Of a DNA stretch of 64,000 nt, positions 42,452 through 59,845 are shown piece after piece. The stretch is from the human T2T-CHM13v2.0 reference genome, Homo sapiens. A program made the translations under genes and the position numbers. The stretch's first letter is position 1; every line of letters begins with the position of its first letter. The notes under the pieces are model-generated. The model ran no database searches. It saw only the letters and a program-made list of their open reading frames with translations, and was not told where the DNA came from. The stretch lies in NCBI RefSeq assembly GCF_009914755.1, contig NC_060926.1. One strand, 5' to 3'.

Positions 42452-43362
42452 TCAATGCATCAAAGAGATCAAATAAGTCAAAGACTAAACAGCTTCTATA
42501 AAAGTCAGTGGTGACTTTGGTGACAGCAGTTTCTGTCAGGAAGCAGAAGTAGAAGCCTTCTTCCAAGACTGATTGGAAGGCAGAACTGGAGATGGAAGAG
42601 CAGTCTACTCTTTTAAGAAACTTTACGAGGAGAGGAGGTAGGTACCATGGATTGTTGTAATAAAAGCCTTCTCAGTTGAGTCCTTGCTGTCAACCAGCAC
42701 TTTCAATCATTCTCTCCGTTGCTGCCAAGACAGGCTTCCTAAAATGCAAACTCATTAAGACTACTCTCCTGCTTAAAATTTTTCTATAATTCCTCATTGC
42801 TTTCAGGATACAGTTCAAACACCTTTGCTTGACCTACATGAAATGCAAGGACCTGGCTCCTGCTCCTGTTGTAGCCCCAGGTCCTGTCACGCCCCACATA
42901 TCCAGATCTTCTGTTAGGCCAGGAAGCTTCCTGCCTCTCTGCTTTTATTTGGAATAGCCTCCTCAGCTCACACCTTCACAACTCAGCTCCTGTAATACCT
43001 TCCCCAGCCAGTTCCTTGTGTCCACCTCTCCCTCATCCCCCAAACCCAGATTAGGAGTCTACGCTCCCAGAGGCCTGTGCAGGTCTCCTTCATCGCGTTA
43101 ATCACACCGTATCAAAAGTACATGTTCTGTGCCCCATGAGACTGAAAGCTCCTCTAAGGCAGGGATATGTTTCCCTCCAATGCATCCCCAGTGTCCCACA
43201 ATGCTTGCAAGGCGCACCGTCACGGTCCAGTAAATAACTTTGAATAAATCTATAGCAAAGCATGGAGCGGTCCGTATAGAGGCTGCCAAGCCAAGCGGCC
43301 ATGGGAGGTGAGCTGTTGTCGGCGTTTTGAGCAATCTGCGGGCGGACGCGGGGATCACTCAC

Positions 43363-43384
43363 CCGCGATGACGAATTTGGCCAT
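43363..43384 (-). CDS. MDH1B: MDH1B coding exon 1 (MAKFVIA)
   Basis: ACC ATG G strong Kozak at 43384; donor GTGAGT at 43362; 22 coding nt. Confidence 0.93.
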
Positions 43385-43689
43385 GGTCGAGAGAGACTCA
43401 GAGGCAGGGACCGCGGCTTCGCGGTTTCCTGGCAACCACGCAGCCAAGGGCAAGGCGCAGGCGCACTACAAAGTCTGGCGCCCAGCAGAGGTTAGGTGTT
43501 TAAAGTTAGGACCTGAATGGGTTACGTTGCGATACACGATCAAACATCGCCCTTATAAGCTCTGTGGTATCCCCGAGCCCCACTCCTGTATGCAGGGAAA
43601 TTAGTCATTCTCCTTGGTAAACTTTCTTCAAGTAAGTCCTTCAGCTACAGCCGCGAACATATGCTTTTTGACCTTTGAGGGAATCCGTA

Positions 43690-43767
43690 AGATCTCGTGA
43701 GAAGCGCAGCTTCTCGGGGAAGCTGTCATGGCTGCTCCTGTACGTAGTCACGGTCTTGTGCTCTAAG
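43690..43767 (+). other. FASTKD2: FASTKD2 5'-UTR exon 1 (start approximate); alternative donor at 43861
   Basis: Consensus donors AAG|GTGAGT (43768) and GAA|GTAAGT (43861) in the CpG-rich region, upstream of the exon-2 acceptor. Confidence 0.65.
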
Positions 43768-43825
43768 GTGAGTGGAGGACGAGCTTGGGCTTAGCGGCAG
43801 CCCGTATCACATCCTAGACTTTTTA

Positions 43826-44527
<702 letters not shown>

Positions 44528-44683
44528 TCATTAATACAATGACTACTTCCAAAGTGACCTGGCTTCTTTGAAACTGGACACATTGTGGTAGATTGGAGGG
44601 AGCCCACATTGGTAAAAAAAACTTTTACTGTTTTATGTAAATGTTTAATGGCTCCATAGGTTCCCCATTTTCTCTTCTGTTAA

Positions 44684-45586
<903 letters not shown>

Positions 45587-46471
45587 TAAAAAGGAGATTT
45601 AAACATGCATTTACTTGATTTAGAATATTTTGAAAGAATGAAGGGATATAGATATGTAGCCTTCTTAAAAGAGACTATCAAATGGAATGGTAGTTTCCTT
45701 TATATTTATTTCTGCATATATATTATATGATTTAGAGGCCTTAAGTTAGCTAGTTATTTTCTTCCTTTTGCTATGGAAATTTATGAAAGCCTTCCACATT
45801 TACCATCCCCAGGGTTGAGTAGTGGTGAAGAAGCTAAAGTGAGGAGAGATGCAAGATATACAAAGAAAGCCTGGGTAGTTGAAGAAGGAGAGAAGGGAAG
45901 GGGAAGGAAGAGAATTTAGTCCATGGTAGAATTGGAATTCAGGCCCAGTAGATGATACCTAAACTGATGAGCAGAATGATAGTGAAGGGGATGGTGTTTC
46001 AAGTAGAGAGGATTGCATGCCCTACTGTTCCCAGAGGAAAAGTTTGGCAAATTTGAAGAGCTGAAAGTAGTTTGGTGTAGCTGAAGCACAGAATGATGGA
46101 GTTGTATGTTTGAGTGGGTGGGAACAAGTTTTGTACATGGCGATCAAAGGAGAGGAGTGAGGGGCAAGAGGCTTAGGGGCAGAACAAGAGGCCAGAAAAA
46201 TAGGAACCAAATCATAAAGAGCCTCTTACGGCTAGCTAAGGAGTATGCATTTATCCTGTAGGCAATGGGAATCCGTTGAAGAATTTTAAGCAATGGGTTG
46301 ACGTGCTCAAATTTGTATTTTAGATCACTGAATGAGTGGAAAATGTATTGGAAGAAGGTTAAAATTGGATGGAGGGAGCCATTTTTAGTCTGAAGCAAGA
46401 ATGTCAGTGTCCTGTTTAATGTCACTGAAATGGTGCCAAATGTAAGGAAGGAAGGATTAGCTTGTTAATCA

Positions 46472-46833
<362 letters not shown>

Positions 46834-48204
46834 TTAAAAGACAGGAATTCCTTGGGGATAATCTGGCATATATCCTGTCTTGCTATAGAATTCAATAATT
46901 GGGTTCATAGCTATGGGAAAGTTTTTAACTTTTTACATTACTGTGATTTCCATATGTCCTTAAGGAATAACTAATTTTTATTTAGTGTATGTGTGTGTAT
47001 TTGTTTAAACCACAGAATATCCCTGTTTATTTGTAGGCTGTGTATTAGTTCCTATGTAGTTATTTAAAAGTGACTAATAAATCACCTTACCTGGTCAGTG
47101 ATGCTCTTACTAGATTTTGGACAGATATTTGCATCGGGATGACATCTGTGTTGGTGAGGTATGAGTAGTAGATTTTTGTAGTCAAAACATCTGTATGGAT
47201 GATGGTGTCTCACTGACCTGTTGGAATAATGTAAAGACATTTTAGAGGTGAAAGGACAGTGTGCCATCAATGAATTTGCCCTTCAAACACATAGACAAGT
47301 GGTCTTTTCTTTCATAGTAGATATGGATGGAATGCTGTAAAATTGTTAAGGAAACCCTTTCATAGGAAAGAAACCTTTTTTTTCTTCTAACCATAACCAT
47401 TTCTTATTATTACCTGGTTCTGACTTAAGACTTTGTGATTCATTGGTTATGTAATTTTAGCAAAAGAGCTTCTCTCTCTTCAGGCTAAGTTTCCTCAGAT
47501 GTGATTTTTTGTGAGGTTTATAGACTAGTGATTAAACTGTAGAGTACTGCTAGTTAAGCTGTGTTGTTACTATTCACTTTCCAGATTATGCCCACTATTT
47601 CTGGAATCAAACTTAGTACCCTAAGTAAAGGGACCTGAAAGAAGAATCTGTGGGGTGTAGGCTTCCCTTGAGACCCAGATAGCAGTGGTAGAATGTGGCA
47701 GGAGATGTGAATCAGAAGACTCACAAGTAAAGTTTCAGCTTGATACCCAGGAAAGGATCTAGGGAAATTGTAAAGGCACAACCATTTAAGGATCTTTAGA
47801 GATGGGCTAGTTACCTTCTGTACTTCAGTAGTTCTTATATTCCTGCACTTTAACTGTTTTTGCCTTTGTAATGACCTTGAATTCCAAGAAGAGGTAAAAA
47901 TAATGTTTAATAAAAGTTGTTTCAGAAGCAGTGGAATATAATAAATATCAAATGTGTTTTCAGTGATAATGGTGAAGGTAAAAAAGTGTTGATGCATAAA
48001 AGGATGTGTATCAGTCAGCTGGAAAATTCAGTAAGTATGACTTTTTATTTCCCAAAGATGCTGTTTATTGTGGACTGACTGTAGGAATTGTTGGTTTGAT
48101 ACTCAATCGTTTTATTCAGTACATCAGTTCAGTGGTTTTGCTTGGGTAAGATAGTTTACTATGGGCTCATCACCTGTAGTGTTTTTGTAATTATATTTCA
48201 ATAG

Positions 48205-48309
<105 letters not shown>

Positions 48310-48575
48310 TGAGAACTCTCTTATGCTTTCTTCATGTGGTTTTCTTTGTTCCTCATATATCTGGAATAAAAAAATTGAGATGAAAACTAAACTCCTTTCT
48401 TGAGGGGAGGAGGGGTTGGGGAGGCTTTGTTGGTAGTTACAGTCTTTCATACCTTATTAAGCTTAAAATCCTGACTCTGGATGACATAGGCTGGAAATAC
48501 TTCTCTTAGGGTCCATAATAACAAAGATGTGAGTAACATTGAAATCTAAATTAATTTATTTTAAAACATAGTACT

Positions 48576-48905
<330 letters not shown>

Positions 48906-49209
48906 TCAGAATAGTTATTCGGGGACTATGTGAGGGTTGACGTTGACCCAGCTTGAAAAGGGATTTATAAAATTGATATAAATGATCTAATGTCATAGAT
49001 TAGTGAGAGTAAAACTTAACTCCCTTTGACATTGACTATGCATAGGATATGTTACTATAATCTCCTGACATAATTTGTTCTTTAGTAAAGACAGCACAAT
49101 AATGTGAGAGAAAATAGCACTATTAATAGATTGGGTCTCGATCTTTAACTACTTACACTCTCTCAAGCAGGTAGATCATTTCTCTGGGCTTCATAATCCT
49201 TGCCTGTAA

Positions 49210-49413
<204 letters not shown>

Positions 49414-49647
49414 TGAATTTTCTCTAGTGGATGAGATTTGAAAAAATCTTTCTTATAACCTGCTATCACTGCCTGAAGTCAATTTTCTAGGAGGACATTG
49501 CTGGGCTTTTAGGTTTAGCTTCACTAAAGTGAATGAATAGAAGTACCCTTATATTTATTTATCTGTATATATATACATGTATATTTATTTATCTGTCTGG
49601 GTCATATTACCCAAACTTCATCCTTTTTGTTTAAAAATAAATGTTTA

Positions 49648-49767
49648 GGCCAGACATGGTGGCTCACACCTGTAATCCCAGCACTTTGGGATGTCAAGGG
49701 CAGGGAGATCTCTTGATCCCAGGAGTTTGAGACCAGCCTGGGTGACTGAGCAAGACCCTGTCTCTGC

Positions 49768-49798
<31 letters not shown>

Positions 49799-49953
49799 AA
49801 GAATTAGCCAGGCGTGGTGGTACATGCCTGTAGGTGGTGCATGCCTGTAATCCCAGCTACATGGGCGGCTGAGGCAGGAGGATCACTTGAGCCTGGGAGG
49901 TTGAGGCTCCAACCTGGGTGACAGCACAAGACCCTGTCTCAATAAAAATAAAA
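49648..49953 (+). mobile_element. Alu (AluJ-like, rearranged right arm)
   Basis: Alu arms with an expanded central poly(A) and a duplicated ggtggt…catgcctgta. Confidence 0.85.
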
Positions 49954-50009
49954 GTTTAATTTATTTTGTCACAGATAGTAAATTAAATTAAAATTTGTTT
50001 TTTCTTTAG

Positions 50010-50168
<159 letters not shown>

Positions 50169-50283
50169 TGAGCTTCTGTTTTAGACTATTTTTGTTTTGT
50201 TTTAAAAACTTTGCTTTTATATGAAAAAAGAATAAAGCATGTTGTATTCAAAACAATCAGGTAATTTTTGTTTGTTTATTTAA

Positions 50284-50454
<171 letters not shown>

Positions 50455-50619
50455 TAGAATAAGCCTCACAAACTTTTAAAACACTAATTCATGTAGCATT
50501 TTAAGTATTTCTCTTTCACCTTTATAGTAGTTAAGATACCAAAATATTCCAATGCTGAATTGACTTTTGAAAAATTAGCTCCTTATTATTCCTGTCTGGG
50601 GGCTACTTGCTAATATGAA

Positions 50620-51070
50620 TAGTCCCCAACTTAGGATGGCTTGACTTAATATTTTTTGACTGTTTGATGTTGCAAAAGCAATACGCATTCAGTAGAAACC
50701 ATACTTTGAATTTTGAATTTTGTTGTTTTGCTGGGTTAGTGATATGTTGTATGATACTCTCTTTTCATGCTGAGCAGTGGCAGCAAGTCGCAGCTCCCAA
50801 TCAGCTGTGCAATCATGAGGGTAAACAATGCATATTGTATTCAATAAATTACTTGAGATATTCAACACTTTTATTATAATATAGGCTTTTTGTTAACTCA
50901 TTTTGCCCAACTATAGGTGAATGTAAGTGTTCTAAGCGTGTTTAAAGTAGGCTAGGCTAAGCTATGATGTTCAGTAAGTTGGATGTATTAAATGCATTTT
51001 GACTTAAAATATTTTCAATTTATGGTGAGTTTGTTGGGATATACCCCACCGTAAGTCAAGGACAATCTGT
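50620..51070. mobile_element. Tigger5/MER47-like DNA transposon
   Basis: taggctaggctaagctatgatgttc…ccccaccgtaagtcaaggacaatctg, matching recalled Tigger5-family sequence. Confidence 0.65.
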
Positions 51071-51135
51071 ATACTATTCTATCCTTTGGTCATCTTTCTA
51101 TTTGAAACAAAAATTTGCTCTTCTTTTTCGTTTTA

Positions 51136-51521
<386 letters not shown>

Positions 51522-52238
51522 TCAAATAATAAAGATGGGTGATGTGACAGGCTTGGGGTTTTTGAAGAATAAAATGTCACTACTTAATGGTCATGTCCAT
51601 TGTTTTATCCAGAGTAAAAGCCTTTAAAATCAGGAGCTGTGTTAAGAATATAAACATTTAATGAAGCACCTGGTAAAAACTTCTTTTTGCAATGAAATAG
51701 GTGATAACTGTTAGATCTCTAGGTTCAGTTTATTTTGGAGAGTAAGGTAAATATTGAGTTTACTGTGGAAATTGGTTATAGAAAGAGAAGTAATAATCCT
51801 AAGTAAGAAAGATTGAGAAGGAAATTGGAGGTGAACTTGAAAGTTTATTTTAATCATAATGTTTCAGTTCCATTTTCACTTATAGGTATGAATATTAAAT
51901 ATAGAAATTTTGGGGTTATGTCTTACATGTTAGAATCTAGGAAGTATTTAAGTTTGGGAATGCGAGAAGTTGAAGATTGAGTTGGTCATTTTGAAAACCT
52001 TCAGAAAAGGCATATTTAAAAGTAATTTTCAGATATGTTGTATGAAAAGCATGTAGGAAGAGATTTATTTTTAAGTCAGATGGAAACGTAGAAATCATTG
52101 TATGCCCTGGTTCTCAGCTTAAAAAAGATTGCTTATTAACTTGATACCCAATTCAAGAATTAATAGAACAGATTTTGTGAGAGAAAGATGATTGTTCCTT
52201 TTCATGGAAATATTCTGTTTCAGGATATATTCTGTTGA

Positions 52239-52577
<339 letters not shown>

Positions 52578-55500
52578 TAAGCTTAATGAATTATTACAAG
52601 TGAACACACCCATAGTCATCATCCATGCCAATAAATAAAACATAGTGTTCCTTACTCATTTATAAGGTTAAACAAAATTTTGTTTTATATTTGCTGCCCT
52701 TTGTCTTGTTTGTTTCTTTGTTCTTTATAATGTATTAGTTAATTCATTATAGGAGTTTGATTTCAAACCCTCCCAGCTTATCCTCGTAGCTCCTAAGTTC
52801 ATAGTTTATTTTAACTGTATTAAAAAATGGAGAAATCTGTCTTTTAAAAAATTTGACTTTTTTTATTATGGTAAGAACATTTAGTAAATTTTAAAGTGTG
52901 CAGTACAATATTGCTGACTTTATTATTAATGATATAGTTAACAATATTGTACAGTGGATCTCTAGGACTTAATCATCTTGCATAGCTGAAACTTTATACC
53001 TGTTGAATAGCAACTCCCCTATTTCCCCCTTTCCTCACCCCTGACAATCAACATTGTAATCTCTGTTTCTATGACTGACCTTTTTAGATACTTTATATAA
53101 GTGGAGTCATGCGGTATTTGTCCTTCTATGACTAGCTTATTTCAGTTAGCATAATGCCCTTCAAGTTGATCCACGTTGTAGCATGTGATGAGATTTCCTT
53201 CTAAGGCTGAATAATATTCCATTATATGTATATATCACATTTTCTTTATCCATTCATCTGCTGATGGATGTTTAGGTTGTTTCCCTATCTTGGCTATTGC
53301 AAACAATGCTGCACTTAACATGGGAGTGCAGATGTCTCTTTGAGATTCTCATTTCAATTCTTATGAATTGAAATATATCCACAAGTGAGATCCCTGGATC
53401 ATACAGGGATTCTGCTTTTACTAAGGGTTCTACTTTTACCAAATGCCTTTTTTTTTTTAGCATCAGTTGAAATGATCATATGGTTTTTATCCTTTATTCT
53501 GTTGATATGATGTATCATATTGATTGATTTGCATATGTTGAACCATCCTGGCATCCCAGGGATAAATCCTGCTTGGTCATAATGAATAATCTTTCTAATG
53601 TATTGTTGAATTTGGTTTGCTAGTATTTTTTTTGAGGATTTTTGCATCAATCTTCATCAGAGATACTGTGCTGTAGTTTTTTTGTTTGTTTTTTGTTTTT
53701 TTTGATGTGTCTTTGTCTGATTTTGGTATCAGGGTAATACTGGACTTGTAGAATGAGTTTGGAAGTATTCCCTCCTTCTCTGCTTTTTGGAATAGTTTGA
53801 GTAGGATTAGTATTAGTTCTTCCTTAAATGTTTGGTAGAATTCAGCAGTGAAGCAGTTTGGTCCTGGGCTTTTCTTTACTAGGTAGTAGTTCTACTTTTA
53901 CATTTTTCAAGGAAGCTTCATACTGTTTTCCATGCACCATTTTGTAGTCCTATCAACATTGTGCAAGGGTTCCAATTTCTCCACATCTTCTCCAACACTT
54001 GTTAGATTTTGTTTTGTTTTGTTTTTTTGATAATGGCCGTCCTAACAGATGTAAAGTGATATCTCATTGTGGTTTTGATTTGCATTTCCCTGATGATTAG
54101 TGATGTTGACCATGTTTTCACATACCTGTTGGCCATTTGTATGTCTTCTTTGGAGAAATATTTAAGTCCTTTGCCTATTTTTAAATCATATTATTATTTT
54201 TGCTATTCAGTTACAGTATGTTATAATATGTAAACATACTACAAATATATATATAATATATATATTATGGGATGCAGAAAAAGCAATCCTGACAAGAAAA
54301 CTTAAAGCATTAAGTTTTATGTAAACTTATAGCAATAAGCATAAATATATGAGTTACAGGAATTCCTTATATATTTTGGATAATAACTGCTTATCATATG
54401 TATGGTTTGCAAATATTTTCTCCCATTCTGTAGGTTGCTTTTTCACTTTGTTGACTGTTTCCTTTGCTGTGCAGCTTTTTAGTTTGATATAGTTCTCCTT
54501 GTCTGTATTTGCTTTTGTTGCCTGCACTTTTGGTATCATATAAAAAAAATCATTGCCTAACTAAGCCAATGCCATCAGGCTTCTCCTACACATTTTCTTT
54601 TAGGAATTTTGTAGTTTTAGGTCTTATGTTTAAATCTTTAATCCATTTTGAGTTGATTTTTGTGTATGTTATAAAATAAGGTTCCAATTTCATTCTTTTG
54701 CATGTGGATATCCAGTTTTCCCAACACCTTTTGTTGAAGAGCATATTCTTTTACTATGTGTAGTCTTGGCAGCTTTGTCTTTTTTATGCCAGTACCATAC
54801 TGTTTTAATTACTGTAGCTTTGTAATATATTTTGAAATCAGGAAGTGTGATACTTCTAGCTCTGTTCTTTTTCAAAATTGCTTTGGCAGTTCAGATTCCT
54901 TTGTGGTCCTATATGAATTTTAAGTTTTTTTTCTATTTCTGTAAAAAAATGCCATTGGGATTTTGATAGTGATTGCACTGAATCCGTAGACTGCCTGGGT
55001 TAGTATGGACATTTTAACAGGATTAAGTCTTTCAATCCATGAATGCAGACTGTCCTTCCATTTATTTGTGTCTTTAATTTCTTTCATCAATTTCTTTGTA
55101 GTTTTCAATATACAAGTCTTTCACTTCCTTGATTAAGTTTATTCCTAAGTATTTTATGCTTTTTGATACTATTATAAACAAGATTGTTTTCCCAATTTCC
55201 TTTTTGGATAGTTTGTTATAAGTGTATAGGAACACAGCAGATATTTTTACTGCTTCCTTTCTAATTTGGTTGTTTTTCTTTCTTTTTCTTTCATTTGCAT
55301 AATTACTCTGGCTAAGATTTCCAGTACCTTGTTGAATAGAAGTGATGAGAGTAGGCATCCTTGTCTTGTTCCTGGTCTTAGAAGAAAATATTTGTTTTTC
55401 ATCATCGAATATGATGTTAGCTATGGCTTTTCATATATGGTCTTACTTACGGTGAGGCACATTTCTTCTATACCTAATTTGTTGAGAGCCCTTATCATAA

Positions 55501-56790
55501 AGGTTGTTGAATTTCATCAAATGGTTTTTCTGCATCTAATTAGATGATCATATGATTTTTCTCCTTTATTTTGTTAATGTGGTGTATCTCATTAATTGAC
55601 TTGCATATACTGAACCGTCTTTGCATCCCAGGGATAAACCCCTTTTTATTCATGGTGTATGATCCTTCTAATGCTAATATTTTGTTGAGGATTTTTACAT
55701 CTGTGTTCATCAGGGATATTGGCCTGTAGCTTTCTTGTGTCATAATGCATGTGTCTGGCTTTGGTATCAGGGTAATGCTGGCCTCATAAAATGAGTTCTC
55801 TGTCTTCAGGTGTTTGGAAAAGTTTAAGCACATTAGAAGTATTGTTAATTCTTCTCACAATGTTTGGTTGACTTCAGCAATGAAGCTATCTAGTCCTGGC
55901 CTTTTTCATTGTTGGGAAGTTTTTGATTACTGATTAAATTTCCTTATTCATTATTGGTTTGTTTAGATTTTCTATTTCTTTATGATTCAGTCTTGGTAGG
56001 TTGTATTTTTCTAGGAATTTATTCATTTCTTCTTGATTATCCAATTTGTTGGCATACAGTTGTTCATGATAGTCTCTTATGAGCCTTTTTTATTTCTGTG
56101 GCATTGGTTTTTATTTCTAGTTATAATGTCTTGTTCGTCTCTTATTTATTTGAATCTTCTTTCTTTTTTTGTCAGTCTAGCTAAAGGTTTGTCAATTTTG
56201 TTCATCTTTTCATAAACCCAAGTCTTCGTTTTGTTGGTTTTTTCTACTTCTTATTGTCTATTTTATTTATTTCTGTTCTAATCTTCATTATTTCCTTCTG
56301 CTAACTTTGGGCCTAGTTTATTTGTCTTATTTCAGTTCTTTGAGGTGTAAATTTAGGTTTTTTATTTGATAGCTTTCTTTTTTTTTAAGATAGGTGTTTA
56401 TTGCTATAAGTTTTCTTGTTAGTACTGCTTTTTCTGCATCCCATAATTTTGGGTATGTTGTGTTTTCAATTTTATTTGTCTTGAAATATTTTCTAATTTC
56501 CCTTTTGATTTCTTCTTTAACCCATTGGGTGTTCAAGAGTGTGTTGTTTAATTTCCACATATTTGTGAATTTTCTAGTTTTCCCTCTGTTGATTTCTAAT
56601 TGTATTTCTTTGTGATCCGAAAGGATACTTGGTCTGATTTCAGTTTTCCTAAATCTGTTATGACTTGTTTTGTGACCTAACATATAGTCTGTTCTTGAGA
56701 ATGATCTATGTGCACTTGAGGAAAATATGTGTTCTGGTGCTATTGGCTGGAATGTTCTGTATGTGTCTGTTATATCCATTTCATCTGTAG

Positions 56791-57081
56791 CAGGGGACCC
56801 CAGCCCCCAGGCCACGGACTGGTACCAGTCCGTGGCCTGTTAGGAACTGGGCCACACAGCAGGAGGTGAGTGGCAGGCGAACATTACTGCCTGAGCTCTG
56901 TCAGATCAGCCATGGCATTAGGTTCTCATAGGCGCGTGAACCCTATTGTGAACTGTGCATGTGAAGGCTCTAGGTTGCGTGCTCCTTATGAGAATCTAAT
57001 GCCTTATGAAACACCCCCCTATGCCCAGTCTGGAAAAATTGTCTTCCATGAAACCAGTGCCAAAAAGGTTGGGGACCACTG
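56791..57081. mobile_element. MER1B-like hAT MITE
   Basis: TIRs caggggacccc / ggggaccactg with 8-bp TSD atctgtag / atctatag. Confidence 0.88.
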
Positions 57082-57482
57082 ATCTATAGTGTTCTTCAAG
57101 TCCTTTGTTTTCTTACTGATTTTGGTCTGGATGTTCTATAAATTATTGAAAGTGGGGTTATTGAAGTCTCCTACTGTTATTGTATCATCTGTTTCTCCCT
57201 TCAGATCTGTTATATCTTCCTGATGAATTGGCCCTTTTATCATTATGTAATGACCTTGTTTGTCCTTGTGACAATTTTTAACTTAAAGTATATTTTGTCT
57301 GATATAAGTATGGCTACCTCTGCTCTCTTTTGGTTACCATTTGCATGGAATGTCTTTATCCGTTTCTTCACTATCAAACTATGTGTATGTCCTTAAATCT
57401 AAAGCGAGTATCTTGTAGACAAGTTATAGTTTGGTCTTTTTTTTTAATCCATTCAGCCATTTTGTGTCTTTTAACTGGGGAA

Positions 57483-57842
57483 TGTATTAGTCTATTCTCA
57501 CGTTGCTATACTACCTAAGACTGTGTAATTTATAAAGAAAAGAGGTTTAATTGACCAACAGTTCCACATGACTGGGGAGGCCTCAGGAGACTTACAATTA
57601 TGGCGGAAGGCAAAGGGGAAGCAGTCACCTTCACAAGGTAACAGAAGAGAGCAAGAGAAAGGGCGAGGAAGTGCTACACTTTAAGCCATCAGCTCTTGTG
57701 AGAACTCCGTCACTATTACGAGAACAGCATGGGGGAAACTGCCCCCATGATCCAATCACCTTCCAACAGGTCTCTCCCTTAATACATGGGGATTAAAATT
57801 TGAGATGAGATTTGGGTGGGGATACAGAGCCAAACCATATCA
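57483..57842 (-). mobile_element. THE1/MSTA solo LTR
   Basis: tgtattagtc…ccaaaccatatca; TSD gggaa / gggag. Confidence 0.88.
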
Positions 57843-59419
57843 GGGAGTTTAATCCACTTAATGTTTAGAGTAATTATTGATAGAGAAGGACTTACTATTG
57901 CCATTTTGTTTTCTGTCTTACAGTTTTTTCTTCTATCTTTTCCTTTCTTGTTATCTTCCTTTGTGACTTGTTGATTCTTTTGTGAGATGTTTCAATTCCT
58001 TTCTGTTTTTCTTTGGTGTAGTCTCTAAAGGTGTTTCATTTGTGGTTACCATGGGTCTTACATAAAACATCTTATTGTTTTAACAGTCTATTTTAAGCTG
58101 AAAACAACTTAACTTCCATTGCATACAAAAGCTGTACACTTGTCTCCCCATACTTTGTTATTGATGTGACAGTTTACATCTTTTTATATTGTATATCCAT
58201 TAGCAAATTTTTATAGTTACAGTTATTCTTGATAGTTTTTTTTAACATTTATACTAGAACTAAAGCACACCACTATTACAGTATTACCATATCCTATATT
58301 TGTTTATGTATTTGCCTTTACTAGTGAGTTTTATACTTTCCTGTGTTTTCACATTGATGTTTTGTGTTTTTTCATTTCACCTGTCTTTAGCGTTTAGTTT
58401 AAGAAAAGACTAGTAATGACAGTTTTCCTTGGCTTTCATTTGTTTGGGAGTCTTGATCTACATTTTTGAAGGACGGTTTTGCCAAGTATAGGATTATTGG
58501 TTGGCAATTTTTCTTTCAGCACTTTGAATACATTATCCCAGTCCCTTCTCTGGCCTGCAAAGTTTCTGCTAAGAAGTTCACTGCTAGTCTGATGGGGGCT
58601 CCCTTGTACATGAAAAGTTGCTTTTCATCCTTGTGGGAGATACGAGTTGCTTTTAAAGTTCTTTTTGTTTTTGAATTTTGACAGTTTGATTACAATGTAT
58701 CTTAATGTATGTTTCTTTGGATTAATCTTATTTGGGGTCCTTTGAGCTTTATGAATCTGGATGTCCATTACTCTTTCTAGATTTGTGAAGTTTTCAGCCA
58801 CTATTTCCTTAAATAAGCTTTCAGCTCCTTTTTTTCTTCTCCCGAGACACCCATAATGCGCACATTGGTTTGCTTGTTGGTGTACTGTAAGTGTCTTAGG
58901 CTTTCTTAACTCTTCTTCTTTCTTTGTTCTTTTTTCTTTTTGGACTGGGTAATTTCACATGACCTGCTTCAAATTCTCCGATTCTCTTTTGCTTGCTGAA
59001 ATATGCTGGTATGGCCCTCTAGTCAATTTTTCAGTTCAGTTATTATATTCTTTAGCTCCAGAATTGCTGTTTAGTTCTTTCTATAGTTTATCAATTCTTT
59101 GTTGATACTCTTATTTTGCTCATATATCATTTTCCTAATTTCATTTACTTTTCTGTGTTCTTATAAGACAATTATTTTTAGTTCTTTGTTGGGCAGTTCA
59201 TAGATCTTCATCTCTTTAATGTTGATTACTGGACATTTATTTTGGTACTTTGATTGTGTTACATTTCCCTGATGCTCTTTCTTCCTTGTAGCTTTGCATT
59301 GGTGTCTGCACAATTAAAGAAACAGTCTCCTCTCCCTGTTTTTACAGACTGGCTTTGACAGGGAAAGACTCTTATTAATCAGCTTAGCCAGAGATTCTGG
59401 GGGCCTCTTAAACTTTTTC

Positions 59420-59845
<426 letters not shown>

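Noticed and set aside
43308-43604. 98-aa plus-strand ORF across the promoter
   Set aside because: GC-rich chance ORF antisense to MDH1B exon 1 with a non-ATG start; no homology recognised
56808-56839. Perfect 32-bp palindrome caggccacggactggtaccagtccgtggcctg
   Set aside because: Corresponds to the intrinsic near-palindromic subterminal sequence of MER1 elements
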